From contig JAGVAD010000016.1 of assembly GCA_020060465.1 (NCBI GenBank), positions 29,240 to 93,239 of the forward strand: a stretch of DNA of 64,000 nt, read 5' to 3'. Positions 1-9,230 of this stretch are shown in pieces. Under the pieces are notes generated by a model that saw only the letters and a list, made by a program, of their open reading frames with translations, did not search any database and was not told the origin of the DNA. Within the stretch, counting starts at the first letter, position 1; each line of letters opens with the position of its first letter. The translations under genes were made by a program, and so were the position numbers. This stretch comes from Anaerolineales bacterium (GTDB lineage: Bacteria > Chloroflexota > Anaerolineae > Anaerolineales > UBA4823).

Positions 1-62
1 TTTAGTAATCATTTGAATAAATCTGTGTGTTGATTAGGAAAAGCTTTTATAGGATCCTGTTC

Positions 63-2537
63 TTATCTCCTCTCCACCTCCACCCACATCTGCTCGCTAT
101 CGGTGGTCAGCTCGATCCAACCGTTGCTGTCCGTCCTTAAAAGCATATAGCCTTCCAGCGCCCGCAGTGTCTCGGGGGAGGGGCGGCCCTCTCGGTCGCC
201 TGGGGCGATGCTCAGTAAGGCTATTCCCGGCTGCCAGCGGGCGATCCACCCCGGCGGGTTGAGCGGGGCATAACCCCCCTCCGCCAGCAGCAGAGCTGTC
301 ACCGCGCCCTGACTGCGATCAGTCAATAATGCTTCCAGGGCGTCAAAATCCAGTCCAATAGGGAGCAGGGCGCGGAATCGTCCCCATTCCACCAACAACA
401 CTGCGCCCCGGGGCGTGGTGCGCAGGATACTTAGCCGCGCGCCCTGGCTCAGATCAAGCGTATGCCCGGCTTGAGCCTCCACCACCGGAATCCCCCGCCG
501 GGCAAGGACCTGGCGCAACTGGCGCGCGCTGTAGGAGGCGTCTGCGGGTCCAGCCCACAACACCCGTTGGGGCGGGAAGCGCTCCACAGCCAATGGCAGA
601 GCGGCTACCTGCTCTTCGCCTGCCGCGGCAACAATCCACCAGTCAAACTGGCGCCGACCGAGTGGCAAACGTCGCCCCAAGGCGTCGGAAAGTGCGCTGG
701 GGCTTGGACCGCCGTCAATCAGCACCAACCGCCCGCCTGGTGTGCGGACAAGAATGGCATCCCCGGCGCCCACATCCAGCACCAACAGATGCAATTTGCC
801 GTCCGGCGCGGCGAGCGCCAGGCGCCAGACCACGACCGTCAATAAGCTCACCCCCGCCAGGGAAAACCAGGCCAAACGCGGCGGCGCATCGCCCCAGCGC
901 GCCTCCGCCCAACTGCTCAGGCGTCGCCCTAAGGCAGTCCAGGCAAAGAGCAGGGCATAAAAACCAACCACAATCCACTGGTTCAACCGGTCAATCGCCC
1001 AAGAACCGCCGGGGAGGCGCGCCATCCATTCGACCACCCGAACGGTATAAACCACAAACGGCCAGGCCAAAAAAGAGACCGCCTGACCCAACGGCGTCCA
1101 GATCAAGCCAGACAGCGCCGCCAGCCCGCCCAGAATCATCACCGGCGGCTGAGCCGGCAAGATCAACGGGTTTGCTAACAGAGAGGCCAGCGACAGGCGT
1201 CGAAAATAATAAAGGATCAGCGGCAGGGTGGTGAGCTGCGCCGCCAGGGTAAAAAGAAAATACTCGCCGACCGGCCCGCTCAGACGCTGCGCCGCGTCTG
1301 GCGCGAAACGGCGCGACGCCAGCGAATAAAACCACCCTTCCAGGGGATCCGCGTACAGGATCAGACCCAGCGTTGCCATAAAGGAGAGTTGAAAGCTGAC
1401 ATCCCACAACACGTGTGGGTCAGCCAGCGCCATTAGCGCAGCAACGAATGCCAGGCTGTTCAGCCCATGTTGGCGACGACCAATCTGCGCGGCAAATACC
1501 GATAACCCGCCCATGATCGCCGCCCGAACCACCCCGGCGCTTGCCCCGGCCAGGACGGCGTACAGAGCGATGCCCAGGAAAGCCGCCATCATACCCCGCC
1601 AACGCCCCAGCAGGCGGCCAAAAAACGCCGCAAAAAGGCCGGCGACAATGGCAAAATTAAACCCGCTGATGGCGATAATATGCGCTGTTCCTGTATCGTT
1701 GAACGCCTGGCGCACATCCGTAGGGATATAGCCTTCTACCCCCAACAAAATGCCTGCCAGCAGAGAGGCTTCAGGGTCGGGGAAAATTTCAAACAAGACC
1801 GCGGTCAGGCGTTGACGCAAATTATAAATTGCCTGCCGCAATGGATTGCCTGCGCCAGATTGCAGCAGACTGGCGCACCTCTCGTTGAACTGATAACTGC
1901 AATCGAAAGTGGAGTGAATGCCGCGATGGGCAAGATAGTCCAGATAGGAGAAATCCTCGGTTTCGAAAGGTGTGCGCAAGCGCCCCTCCAGGCGCACCCG
2001 GTCGCCGTAATGCCAGCTTTCGGACGCCTCGTTCAACGGCGGAACCTTTGCCAGCAAGCGTCCCTTCACTGACAAAGAACCCGCTTCAGATGATTCGGTT
2101 ACATCTTCTTTCCCCAACCCTTGCGGCCAGATCCGTGTTGCCTCCACTACCAGGAGCGTAAATGAATCGCGCGGCTCAGGCGGTTCGACGATTTCGCCTT
2201 CGATCGCCAGGCGCTGCTGGCTGTCGTTATACCAGGCGACTTGCTGCGGCGTCAGGGCAAAACGAAGGCTTTGGAAGCGCGCCGCCCCCAGACAAACGAA
2301 CGTCAACAGCACAGCGTAAGGCAAAGGAGCCGCCGGGGATGCAGGAATAGAGAACCGAAAGCGAATAAAGGAGGCCAGCCAATGAGAGATGGATGGAATA
2401 CGCCGCAGGAGCGGAACCAGAAGCGCAACCGCGCAGAATCCAGCGCCCAAGCCCAGCCACAGACCAACCGGCTGGTTCAGCCAGGCGCCAAGTAACACGC
2501 CGCCAACAAAGGAAATGGAAATCCAGAGCAGCGGCAT
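63..2537 (-). CDS. comEC: DNA internalization competence protein ComEC/Rec2 (membrane channel domain plus C-terminal metallo-beta-lactamase-like domain)
   Basis: 824-aa ORF with many hydrophobic helices. Competence-domain block TGTAHIIAISGFNFAIV. C-terminal MBL-like block LLVLDVGAGDAILVRTPGGRLVLIDGG. Confidence 0.85.
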   Translation of the reverse strand: MPLLWISISFVGGVLLGAWLNQPVGLWLGLGAGFCAVALLVPLLRRIPSISHWLASFIRFRFSIPASPAAPLPYAVLLTFVCLGAARFQSLRFALTPQQVAWYNDSQQRLAIEGEIVEPPEPRDSFTLLVVEATRIWPQGLGKEDVTESSEAGSLSVKGRLLAKVPPLNEASESWHYGDRVRLEGRLRTPFETEDFSYLDYLAHRGIHSTFDCSYQFNERCASLLQSGAGNPLRQAIYNLRQRLTAVLFEIFPDPEASLLAGILLGVEGYIPTDVRQAFNDTGTAHIIAISGFNFAIVAGLFAAFFGRLLGRWRGMMAAFLGIALYAVLAGASAGVVRAAIMGGLSVFAAQIGRRQHGLNSLAFVAALMALADPHVLWDVSFQLSFMATLGLILYADPLEGWFYSLASRRFAPDAAQRLSGPVGEYFLFTLAAQLTTLPLILYYFRRLSLASLLANPLILPAQPPVMILGGLAALSGLIWTPLGQAVSFLAWPFVVYTVRVVEWMARLPGGSWAIDRLNQWIVVGFYALLFAWTALGRRLSSWAEARWGDAPPRLAWFSLAGVSLLTVVVWRLALAAPDGKLHLLVLDVGAGDAILVRTPGGRLVLIDGGPSPSALSDALGRRLPLGRRQFDWWIVAAAGEEQVAALPLAVERFPPQRVLWAGPADASYSARQLRQVLARRGIPVVEAQAGHTLDLSQGARLSILRTTPRGAVLLVEWGRFRALLPIGLDFDALEALLTDRSQGAVTALLLAEGGYAPLNPPGWIARWQPGIALLSIAPGDREGRPSPETLRALEGYMLLRTDSNGWIELTTDSEQMWVEVERR

Positions 2538-2540
2538 AAG

Positions 2541-2744
2541 CTATATTTGCGGCGGCAACTCCCTACCACAAAATCGGCAAAGGCGCGCCTGCGGCAGGAT
2601 CATTTCCGCGCAATAGGGGCAAGGGATGCGCTTCTGGCTTGTTGCGGCTCGTCGAGCGATCACGATCGCCAACGTTGTAGGAAGAATGACCACTATCAGA
2701 CACAAGACAAGGAGAATGAGCAATTCAATGGGTCCAATATTCAC
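2541..2744 (-). CDS. Small membrane-anchored zinc-ribbon protein (hypothetical)
   Basis: 67 aa with an N-terminal TM helix (IELLILLVLCLIVVILPTTLAIVIA), then CPYC...CRFC (two CxxC pairs). It ends 3 nt before the comEC start, so it is probably co-transcribed. Confidence 0.5.
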   Translation of the reverse strand: MNIGPIELLILLVLCLIVVILPTTLAIVIARRAATSQKRIPCPYCAEMILPQARLCRFCGRELPPQI

Positions 2745-2771
2745 AAAAACCTCCTGTGGACAATGCTGTGT

Positions 2772-2954
2772 TCAAGGGCCGGTTCGCTGCCAGGATTGCA
2801 ACAATTGCCCATCGCTTATCCGCCACACCCGGGTCTCTATCCCGTCCGACGAAGCCAAAAGACTGCTATCCGGCGAAAACACCAGTCGCCAGACCATACT
2901 GGTATGCCCAGCCAACACCTGAAGTATATCCCGGCCATCCACAGAACGCAACAC
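2772..2954 (-). pseudogene. Isolated single WD40 repeat, likely relic of a larger WD40-repeat gene
   Basis: The 60-aa ORF (GTG start) reads LAGHTSMVWRLVFSPDSSLLASSDGIETRVWRISDGQLL, which matches GH...SPDG..LAS....I.LW. The in-frame upstream sequence hits a stop at 2991-2993, and no further repeats occur on either side. Confidence 0.4.
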
Positions 2955-3084
2955 ATTGTACGATTGACGTGCGCAGCGGAGCGTTCCAGGTTAAAATAGA
3001 GGTACAATTGGCGAGATTTGATCAGAGAGAATCCAGCTTTGGACGCTTTGAACCGCATTTCGTCAAGGGATCTGGAGGTGTGCT

Positions 3085-3783
3085 TTGGCGCATATTCTTC
3101 TTGTGGACGATGAACAATTGATCACGGATTCGCTCTCCTATAGCTTGAAGCGCGAGGGGTTCGAGGTGGATGTGGCTGCCGACGGCTTGAGCGCGCTCAA
3201 GGCAGTGGAGGAACTCAAACCTGATCTGGTAGTGCTTGACCTGATGTTGCCCGACATCAGCGGTTTTGAGGTATGTCGTAGACTGCGCACCTTTACCTCG
3301 ATCCCGGTCATTATGCTCACTGCACGCGGCGAGGAGATTGACCGGGTGTTGGGCTTGGAGGTGGGCGCCGACGATTATTTAGCCAAGCCCTTCTCCTTTC
3401 GCGAGCTGCTGGCACGCATTCAGGCGATGTTGCGCCGCGTCCAGCTAGATCGCCAGACGCCTCAGCCACAAATCCTTTCTGCCGGCCAGTTGGGGCTGGA
3501 CCCGGTAGCGCGCCGCGCTTTCAAAGGCGAGCAGGAAATTCAACTTTCGGCGCGCGAATTCGACCTGTTGGCGGTTTTGATGAAAAACGCCGGTCGCGCC
3601 ATGAGCCGCGAAGAACTCATCAAACTGGTCTGGGGGGATGATTGGGTAGGCGATCCGCGCACGCTGGATGTTCATGTCCGCTGGCTGCGCCTTAAAGTAG
3701 AAGAGGATCCCGCCAGCCCACAATATATCCAAACAGTGCGCGGCTATGGCTATCGCTTTGCCGGGCAGGAAGAACTTTCTTGA
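3085..3783 (+). CDS. OmpR/PhoB-family response regulator (receiver + winged-helix DNA-binding domain)
   Basis: ILLVDDE, DLVVLDLMLPD, KPF and a C-terminal YIQTVRGYGYRF. TTG start 6 nt after GGAGG (3074-3078). Confidence 0.9.
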   Translation: MAHILLVDDEQLITDSLSYSLKREGFEVDVAADGLSALKAVEELKPDLVVLDLMLPDISGFEVCRRLRTFTSIPVIMLTARGEEIDRVLGLEVGADDYLAKPFSFRELLARIQAMLRRVQLDRQTPQPQILSAGQLGLDPVARRAFKGEQEIQLSAREFDLLAVLMKNAGRAMSREELIKLVWGDDWVGDPRTLDVHVRWLRLKVEEDPASPQYIQTVRGYGYRFAGQEELS

Positions 3784-3826
3784 GCTGCGGCCTGCAGTGC
3801 ATCGCCGCCCGCTTTTTCCGATGTGA

Positions 3827-5272
3827 ATGAAACTTTCCCGATCCCTTAATACCCGTCTTGTCCTCTCCCACCTGGCAGTCGCCCTGATCAGCATCATCCT
3901 GATGGCGGCCTTTGCCGCAAGGTTTATTTTCCAGGCGGCGCTGGCAGAAGCCGAACACAATTTGCAGGGGCTGGCTTTCGCCGCAGGCAATGCCCTTGAA
4001 CTGCCCATCCAGGAAGTCAATGAAGGCAGAGTTGATGTCAGTTACATCAAAGACTTGCTCAGCCGCATGTTCGCCGATAACCCGGAAATGGAATTCACCG
4101 TGTATCGGCCAGATGGCTTTCCTATGGCAGATAGCAGCGACACCCTGCCGCCGCGCGCCAATCGCGTCAATGCGCCGGAAGTGATTGAGGCGCTGGAAAG
4201 CGAATTGGGACGCGGCATCCGTATTCGGGATAATGCCAATGGCGTCCCCACCATGTACATCGCGGTTCTGATCCAACGAGAGATCGAAGTGACCGGCATC
4301 TTGCGTCTGAGCATCCCCATGGCGCCGACGCAGGAAGCCGCCCGGCGTTCCTTTCTTCTGCTGGTGGCGATTGCCCTGATCGTCACCGCCGGCGTCAGCA
4401 TGTTTGGCTATGTGTTGGCGAATAACCTGGCCCGCCCCATCCAGGTGCTTACCCGCGCCGCTCAAAACATGGAACAGGGCGATTTGAGCGTGCGGGTCAA
4501 ACCGAGCGGCCCAGAAGAACTGGAGCGTCTGGCAATCGCGTTCAATAACATGGCCAGCCGGTTGCAATCCAACGTGAACGAATTGCGCGCTTTCGTCGCC
4601 AACGCCAGTCACGAGCTGCGCACCCCGCTGACCGTGGTCAAACTGCGCGCCGAAGCCCTGCGGGAGGGGGCGCTGGAAGATACAGATGTGGCGCTGCGTT
4701 TTCTGGGGGAGATCGAGACCGAAGTGGATCGCCTGGTGCGCATGGTGAATGATCTATTGGACCTCTCGCGCATGGAAGCAGGTTTAGTGGGTGGGCAACG
4801 CGCGCGACTCAACCTGGGCGCGGTGGCGCGCGAGGTTTACGAAACCTTTAACATTCGCGCCGCGCGTGCGGAGGTCGCCTTAAGTCTGGAAGTGGAAGAT
4901 AATCTACCGCCGATTATGGGCAATGAAGACCAGATCCGGCGCGTGTTCTACAACCTGGTGGAGAACGCCATCAAGTACACCCCATGCGGCGGGAGAGTGG
5001 AAATGTTGCTGCGGCGTGGGCCAAATGAAAACACTGTTCGACTGTTGGTGCGCGATACCGGACCCGGCATCGCCCCGGAACACTTACCTCATGTTTTCGA
5101 GCGTTTCTATCGCGCGGAAACCACTCAGCCTCGCCCTGGCGTCAGCCGCGGCAGCGGATTGGGGTTAGCAATCGCCAAATCCATCGTCGAAAACCACGGC
5201 GGCGAGATTGGAGTCAGCAGCCAGATCGGCAACGGAACAACCTTTTGGGCGGATTTACCCGCCGCTGTCTGA
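3827..5272 (+). CDS. Sensor histidine kinase (TM sensor, HAMP, HisKA, HATPase_c)
   Basis: H-box FVANASHELRTPL, N-box NLVENAIKY, G-boxes RDTGPGI and GSGLGLAI. Two hydrophobic segments flank a roughly 150-aa extracytoplasmic region. Confidence 0.9.
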   Translation: MKLSRSLNTRLVLSHLAVALISIILMAAFAARFIFQAALAEAEHNLQGLAFAAGNALELPIQEVNEGRVDVSYIKDLLSRMFADNPEMEFTVYRPDGFPMADSSDTLPPRANRVNAPEVIEALESELGRGIRIRDNANGVPTMYIAVLIQREIEVTGILRLSIPMAPTQEAARRSFLLLVAIALIVTAGVSMFGYVLANNLARPIQVLTRAAQNMEQGDLSVRVKPSGPEELERLAIAFNNMASRLQSNVNELRAFVANASHELRTPLTVVKLRAEALREGALEDTDVALRFLGEIETEVDRLVRMVNDLLDLSRMEAGLVGGQRARLNLGAVAREVYETFNIRAARAEVALSLEVEDNLPPIMGNEDQIRRVFYNLVENAIKYTPCGGRVEMLLRRGPNENTVRLLVRDTGPGIAPEHLPHVFERFYRAETTQPRPGVSRGSGLGLAIAKSIVENHGGEIGVSSQIGNGTTFWADLPAAV

Positions 5273-5968
5273 AACTTTTGGCTTCTCTTGACGAACGCCA
5301 TCCGGCAAGATAGCATCGGTCAATTTGGCGCCTTCCAGGATGGCGCCGCTCAGCGTTGCGCCTTCCAGATTGGCTTCAGATAGATCGGCGTCGGTCAGAT
5401 TAGCGCCGGTGAGATCTGCCCGCGTCAGGTTTGCGGCGGTCAGGTCGGCGCGCATCAAATTCGCGCCGCGCAGGTTCGCGCCGCTCAAATTGGCGTCAAA
5501 CAGATTGGCCTGGGTTAGGTCTGCGCCGCTGAGGTTCGCCCCAGCCAAATTGGTCTTGCTCAAATCTGCCCGCGTCAGGTTGCTGCCGTTTAAATTGGCG
5601 CGCACCATCATGGACTTGCTCAAATTGGCGCGGCTCAGGTTGGTTTCCACCATCACCGTTTCCACCATCTCACATTTTCCCAAATCGGCGCGGGTCAGGT
5701 TGGCGCGGCTCAAGTTGGCCTCGTTCAAGTTTGCCCGTTGCAAATGAGCTTCAAACAAGTTCGCCATGCTCAGGTCTGCCCGCCGCAGATCGGCGCCGGC
5801 CAGGCTCGCCCAATTTAAATCAGCCTTACTAAGGTTGGCCATGTTGAGAATACAACCGCTCAAATCTGCCCAATACAGCGAGGCGTCGCTAAGGTCAATT
5901 TTCACCAGCCACAATGGGCGCGGGCGATTCAGAAGATCGTATATTTGAAAGTTGGTCAGCGTACTCAT
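5255..5968 (-). CDS. Pentapeptide-repeat protein
   Basis: 237 aa composed almost entirely of A(D/N)LxX pentads (ANLSGADLTQANLFDANLSGANLRGANLMRADL...). The start overlaps the AAC(3)-like stop by 4 nt. Confidence 0.85.
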   Translation of the reverse strand: MSTLTNFQIYDLLNRPRPLWLVKIDLSDASLYWADLSGCILNMANLSKADLNWASLAGADLRRADLSMANLFEAHLQRANLNEANLSRANLTRADLGKCEMVETVMVETNLSRANLSKSMMVRANLNGSNLTRADLSKTNLAGANLSGADLTQANLFDANLSGANLRGANLMRADLTAANLTRADLTGANLTDADLSEANLEGATLSGAILEGAKLTDAILPDGVRQEKPKVSDSGG

Positions 5969-6825
5969 GGGGTTTTTCTCCTTGCCTGAACGAACTTTAC
6001 ATTTTCCGTTTTTGATGATTTCAGCAGCCGATTGCGAATTGCTTCACAGCGTTCACAATAAGTACGATCACAAAGCAGAGCCAACGGATCCTGGGCTAAA
6101 CAATCCAGAGCGGCCTGGATCAAATTCGCCAGAGGAAACGCCTGAACCTGACCCTGCCCTACAACCGTCCGGCGAAGTTGGCTGGACAGGCGCGGCGCAA
6201 GCGCCGGGAAACCATCCGAGCAGCCGGGAAAACGCGGGCATTCCACGATCTTTTCCGGGGTGAGCGCCCAACGCACAAATTGGGCGCGCCCGGCCAGGCG
6301 CTCTGCATAGTGGATGCTGGTGTTAACACAGTGATCCACTCCCAATAACAAGACCCAACCGCCGGCGTGCAGTAACTTGCCAACGGGCGCTAAAGGTTCA
6401 TCCAGGGTTTGACTCGCCAGAATGTCTGCCGCGTTCATGCCAACAAATGAAAGGATTGGATGCGACGAGCGCTGCGCGCCCGGCAGAAGGCGCAGCCGTT
6501 CTGGAATCACCCCCATCAGGCGATCAACCGGCATTTGCGGGTCGAAGAATTGCGCCATTCGATTCGCATCCTGATAAGCGCCGTAATTGAGGCCGTTATC
6601 CGGCGGTCCTGTCTCCGGCGTTACCATCGTCTTATAGGTGAAGGCGGGCATCAGCAGGGTATCGAATTGTTTTAACAAAGCGGATAAGACCGTCTCCGCG
6701 CCTCCTTCAATATAGCCAAACGCTGACAAGGAGGCGTGAGCAATGACCGGCGCTCCGTCTGGTATTGCCAATTCCTGCAAAGCCCGCCTCCAATCGGCTG
6801 CGGTTACGCTTACACGCCTTTCCAT
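5965..6825 (-). CDS. AAC(3)-family (aminoglycoside N3-acetyltransferase-like) protein
   Basis: 286 aa with the N-terminal pattern VIAHASLSAFGYIEGGAETVLSALL...LLMPAFTY typical of the Antibiotic_NAT/YokD family. Family assignment is from memory. Confidence 0.65.
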   Translation of the reverse strand: MERRVSVTAADWRRALQELAIPDGAPVIAHASLSAFGYIEGGAETVLSALLKQFDTLLMPAFTYKTMVTPETGPPDNGLNYGAYQDANRMAQFFDPQMPVDRLMGVIPERLRLLPGAQRSSHPILSFVGMNAADILASQTLDEPLAPVGKLLHAGGWVLLLGVDHCVNTSIHYAERLAGRAQFVRWALTPEKIVECPRFPGCSDGFPALAPRLSSQLRRTVVGQGQVQAFPLANLIQAALDCLAQDPLALLCDRTYCERCEAIRNRLLKSSKTENVKFVQARRKTP

Positions 6826-7586
6826 TCCGGTTTGCGTTTTTCGATAAACGCCGCCATACCCTCTTTTTGGTCCTGTGTGCTGAACAGGAAATAAAAGGCG
6901 CGGCGCTCATCGGCAAGTCCTTCGGTCAGGAATGAATCAAAGGCATGGTTGACCGCTTCCTTGCCCATGCGCACTGCCAAGGGGGCGCGAGCGGCGATTT
7001 CCTGTGCCAGTCCCAGAGCTTCTTCCAGGTATCGTTCGACGGGGACGACACGATTGACCAGGCCCAGGCGAAGCGCTTCTTCAGCCGACAAGGTGCGGTT
7101 ATTCAACACCATTTCCATGGTCAGGGCTTTGCCCAGAACGCGCGCCAGTCGCTGCGTCCCTCCGGCGCCGGGGATCACGCCCAGATTGATTTCCGGCTGG
7201 CCGAAGCGGGCAGATTCCGAAGCGACGATCATATCGCAAGACAACGCCAGCTCGCAACCGCCGCCCAGACACCAACCAGAGACCGCGGCGATGACCGGCT
7301 TCTTGACCTGACGGATGCGGTCGAGTTGTGAAACTGTATCGCGTAATAACATATCTACCGCAGAGGCGTCAGCCATCTCTTTGATGTCTGCTCCCGCGGC
7401 GAAGACGCGTTCGTTGCCGGTCACTACCAACGCTCCAACCTGAGCGTCGCTGTCCAGCGCTTGCAATGCATCCATCAGCTCCCGCGACAGCGTCCGATTT
7501 AAGGCGTTCATGGCTTGCGGTCGGTTCAGGCGTACTAATCCGACTTGTTCCGAGATCTCAACCAAAATGGTGGAATAGCTGCTCAT
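6810..7586 (-). CDS. Enoyl-CoA hydratase (crotonase family)
   Basis: VRLNRPQAMNAL, VFAAGADI, AAVSGWCLGGGCELALSCD. The start is placed at MSSYST (7586), 8 nt after AGGAGG; the ORF track extends to 7646. Confidence 0.85.
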   Translation of the reverse strand: MSSYSTILVEISEQVGLVRLNRPQAMNALNRTLSRELMDALQALDSDAQVGALVVTGNERVFAAGADIKEMADASAVDMLLRDTVSQLDRIRQVKKPVIAAVSGWCLGGGCELALSCDMIVASESARFGQPEINLGVIPGAGGTQRLARVLGKALTMEMVLNNRTLSAEEALRLGLVNRVVPVERYLEEALGLAQEIAARAPLAVRMGKEAVNHAFDSFLTEGLADERRAFYFLFSTQDQKEGMAAFIEKRKPEWKGV

Positions 7587-7649
7587 ATTTGTTTCCTCCT
7601 GAGTTTCGTCCTGTTGTGATGAAAAACTATCACGCTGTAAGCGCAATCG

Positions 7650-8396
7650 CTATGTTATATACTTCCTGTCGCCCAAGTAGAGGATTTGACCAGTGATAGG
7701 GGCTGCAGATTGGCTGCACAACAAAAGCGCGGCTTCTGCAGCCTCCTGCGCCTGGCCAGAATATTCCAGAGAAGAGTCGAATGGCGCAAGATTCTCTTCC
7801 TGAGGTTGAGCCTCGAACCTGCTGAGACACACCGCGTTGACTCGAATGTTGTATGCAGATAACTCATACGCTGCAACCTGGGTCAAGCCGATCACGCCCA
7901 TTTTGCTGGCGATGAAAGCCGCCCGCCCTATCCAGCCTGTTGGCGGATCAGCCATCTGCCCGCCCACAGCCGGTAGAATGTTGACGATTACCCCGCCGCC
8001 CTGAGCGCGCATGGCGCGCCCAACGAGCTGGATCATAAAAAAAACGCCGCTGAGGTTGACATCTACAGCGCGCCGCCAGTCCCATTCATCTATATCCAGC
8101 AAGGCTGCGCGCGGCTGAACGCTGGTAGCATTGATCAGGATATCAATCCGCCCCCAGTCGCTCAACACCTGATCCACCATGCTCTCGACCGGCATTTTCT
8201 TACCCACATCGCAGATATATTCTTTCGCCTGGCCGCCAGCCGCCCAGATTTTCTCTAATGTGACATCGAGATTAATGGGGGTGATGTCGTTGGCGGCGAT
8301 CACCGCCCCTTGCGCGGCAAACGCTTGCGCCGCCGCTCGGCCAACGCCCCGCCCTGCGCCTGAGACCAATACAACTTTCCCTGCGAAATTCGTCAT
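7650..8396 (-). CDS. SDR-family protein with degenerate catalytic triad
   Basis: Rossmann motif VSGAGRGVG. The active-site region reads VNILPAVGG...AAFIASK where classical SDRs have N-I-S-S and Y-x-x-x-K. Confidence 0.8.
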   Translation of the reverse strand: MTNFAGKVVLVSGAGRGVGRAAAQAFAAQGAVIAANDITPINLDVTLEKIWAAGGQAKEYICDVGKKMPVESMVDQVLSDWGRIDILINATSVQPRAALLDIDEWDWRRAVDVNLSGVFFMIQLVGRAMRAQGGGVIVNILPAVGGQMADPPTGWIGRAAFIASKMGVIGLTQVAAYELSAYNIRVNAVCLSRFEAQPQEENLAPFDSSLEYSGQAQEAAEAALLLCSQSAAPITGQILYLGDRKYIT

Positions 8397-8411
8397 CCAA
8401 TCCTCTTTGCT

Positions 8412-9230
8412 TTACGGATCTGGGAGCGCAGCTCCAGCTTGCGGTGCAACCCCGCACACGGGCGGCTGATCGCGGTTCGTCCAGGCGTTGAGCGGCAGAC
8501 CCAGATATGGAGAAGGATCCAACGTGTTATCAATGTCCAATTCGTTCAGGAACCCGCCTTGGCCATTATCCTTTACAATGGAGAAATGCAAATGCACCCC
8601 CACCGGATTGCCAGGCGTACCTGAGTAGTTCCCCTGATAGCCCAATAACGTCCCCGCTTCCACGAAGACTTCACTCACCCCCGCAGGAAAGGCATCCACG
8701 ATATAGGATTGGCCGTCTGGGCTGGCCAGGTGTGTGTAATACGTCCAGATCTGCCGATCGGGATGCAAGGGATCCTGCGGAATGCGGATGATCACGGTGG
8801 ATTTCCAATCTGCCAAACGCGTCAGATACCCTGAATAGGCGGCATAAACCGGCGTAACGCCGGGTTCCCGCCCGCCGAAAATATCAATGCCCTGGTGATG
8901 ATGTCCCCAGCGGAACGAATCGCCCCATAGGAACCCAATATAGCCCTCGGTGGGCATCTGAAAGGGAGCGCCGTTGCAGCGCTCGCCCGCCAGCATACGC
9001 CACTCTGGCAGTGAATCGGGGTCGCGCAGCCAGTTCATCAATCCGCGCATACGCGCCGGGCTGAATACATGCGAGCGATAAAAAGAAAACCCAATGCCGG
9101 CGGCAGCTATGACGCCAACCAACAACATCAATCCGAGAATTGTCCAAAGCGACCTTCCCGGGCGGCGCAGGAGTTTTCTATCCAGATGCACGGCTATCTT
9201 GTTTAAAACGTTGAATGTGCGCCAGGTCAT
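8412..9230 (-). CDS. M23-family metallopeptidase (membrane-anchored)
   Basis: N-terminal TM helix, HQGIDIFG (HxxxD) and GVHLHFSI (HxH). The start is ambiguous: ATG 9230, GTG 9191 or ATG 9128. The longest form overlaps the upstream EthD gene by 53 nt. Confidence 0.8.
   Translation of the reverse strand: MTWRTFNVLNKIAVHLDRKLLRRPGRSLWTILGLMLLVGVIAAAGIGFSFYRSHVFSPARMRGLMNWLRDPDSLPEWRMLAGERCNGAPFQMPTEGYIGFLWGDSFRWGHHHQGIDIFGGREPGVTPVYAAYSGYLTRLADWKSTVIIRIPQDPLHPDRQIWTYYTHLASPDGQSYIVDAFPAGVSEVFVEAGTLLGYQGNYSGTPGNPVGVHLHFSIVKDNGQGGFLNELDIDNTLDPSPYLGLPLNAWTNRDQPPVCGVAPQAGAALPDP

Noticed and set aside
3692-4612. Long ORFs antisense to real genes. Examples are 3692..4612, 33275..34156, 38682..39533, 40837..41688, 13615..14070, 44515..44979, and many Arg/Ala/Pro/Gly-rich ORFs across 454..2500.
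   Set aside because: They lie opposite genes with clear family motifs and have the low-complexity Arg/Gly/Pro-rich composition typical of shadow frames in GC-rich DNA. None has a recognisable motif or RBS.
5255-6825. The AAC(3)-like + pentapeptide pair as a horizontally acquired antibiotic-resistance island.
   Set aside because: There are no flanking integrase, transposase, repeats or tRNA, and no visible composition break. The genes are translationally coupled to housekeeping-like acyl-CoA enzymes, so they look native rather than mobile.
9178-9230. The 53-nt same-strand overlap between the EthD gene end and the M23 peptidase start, considered as a possible frameshift or fusion.
   Set aside because: It is more simply explained by start-codon ambiguity in the peptidase gene (GTG 9191 or ATG 9128 are alternatives). 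Both reading frames are intact.
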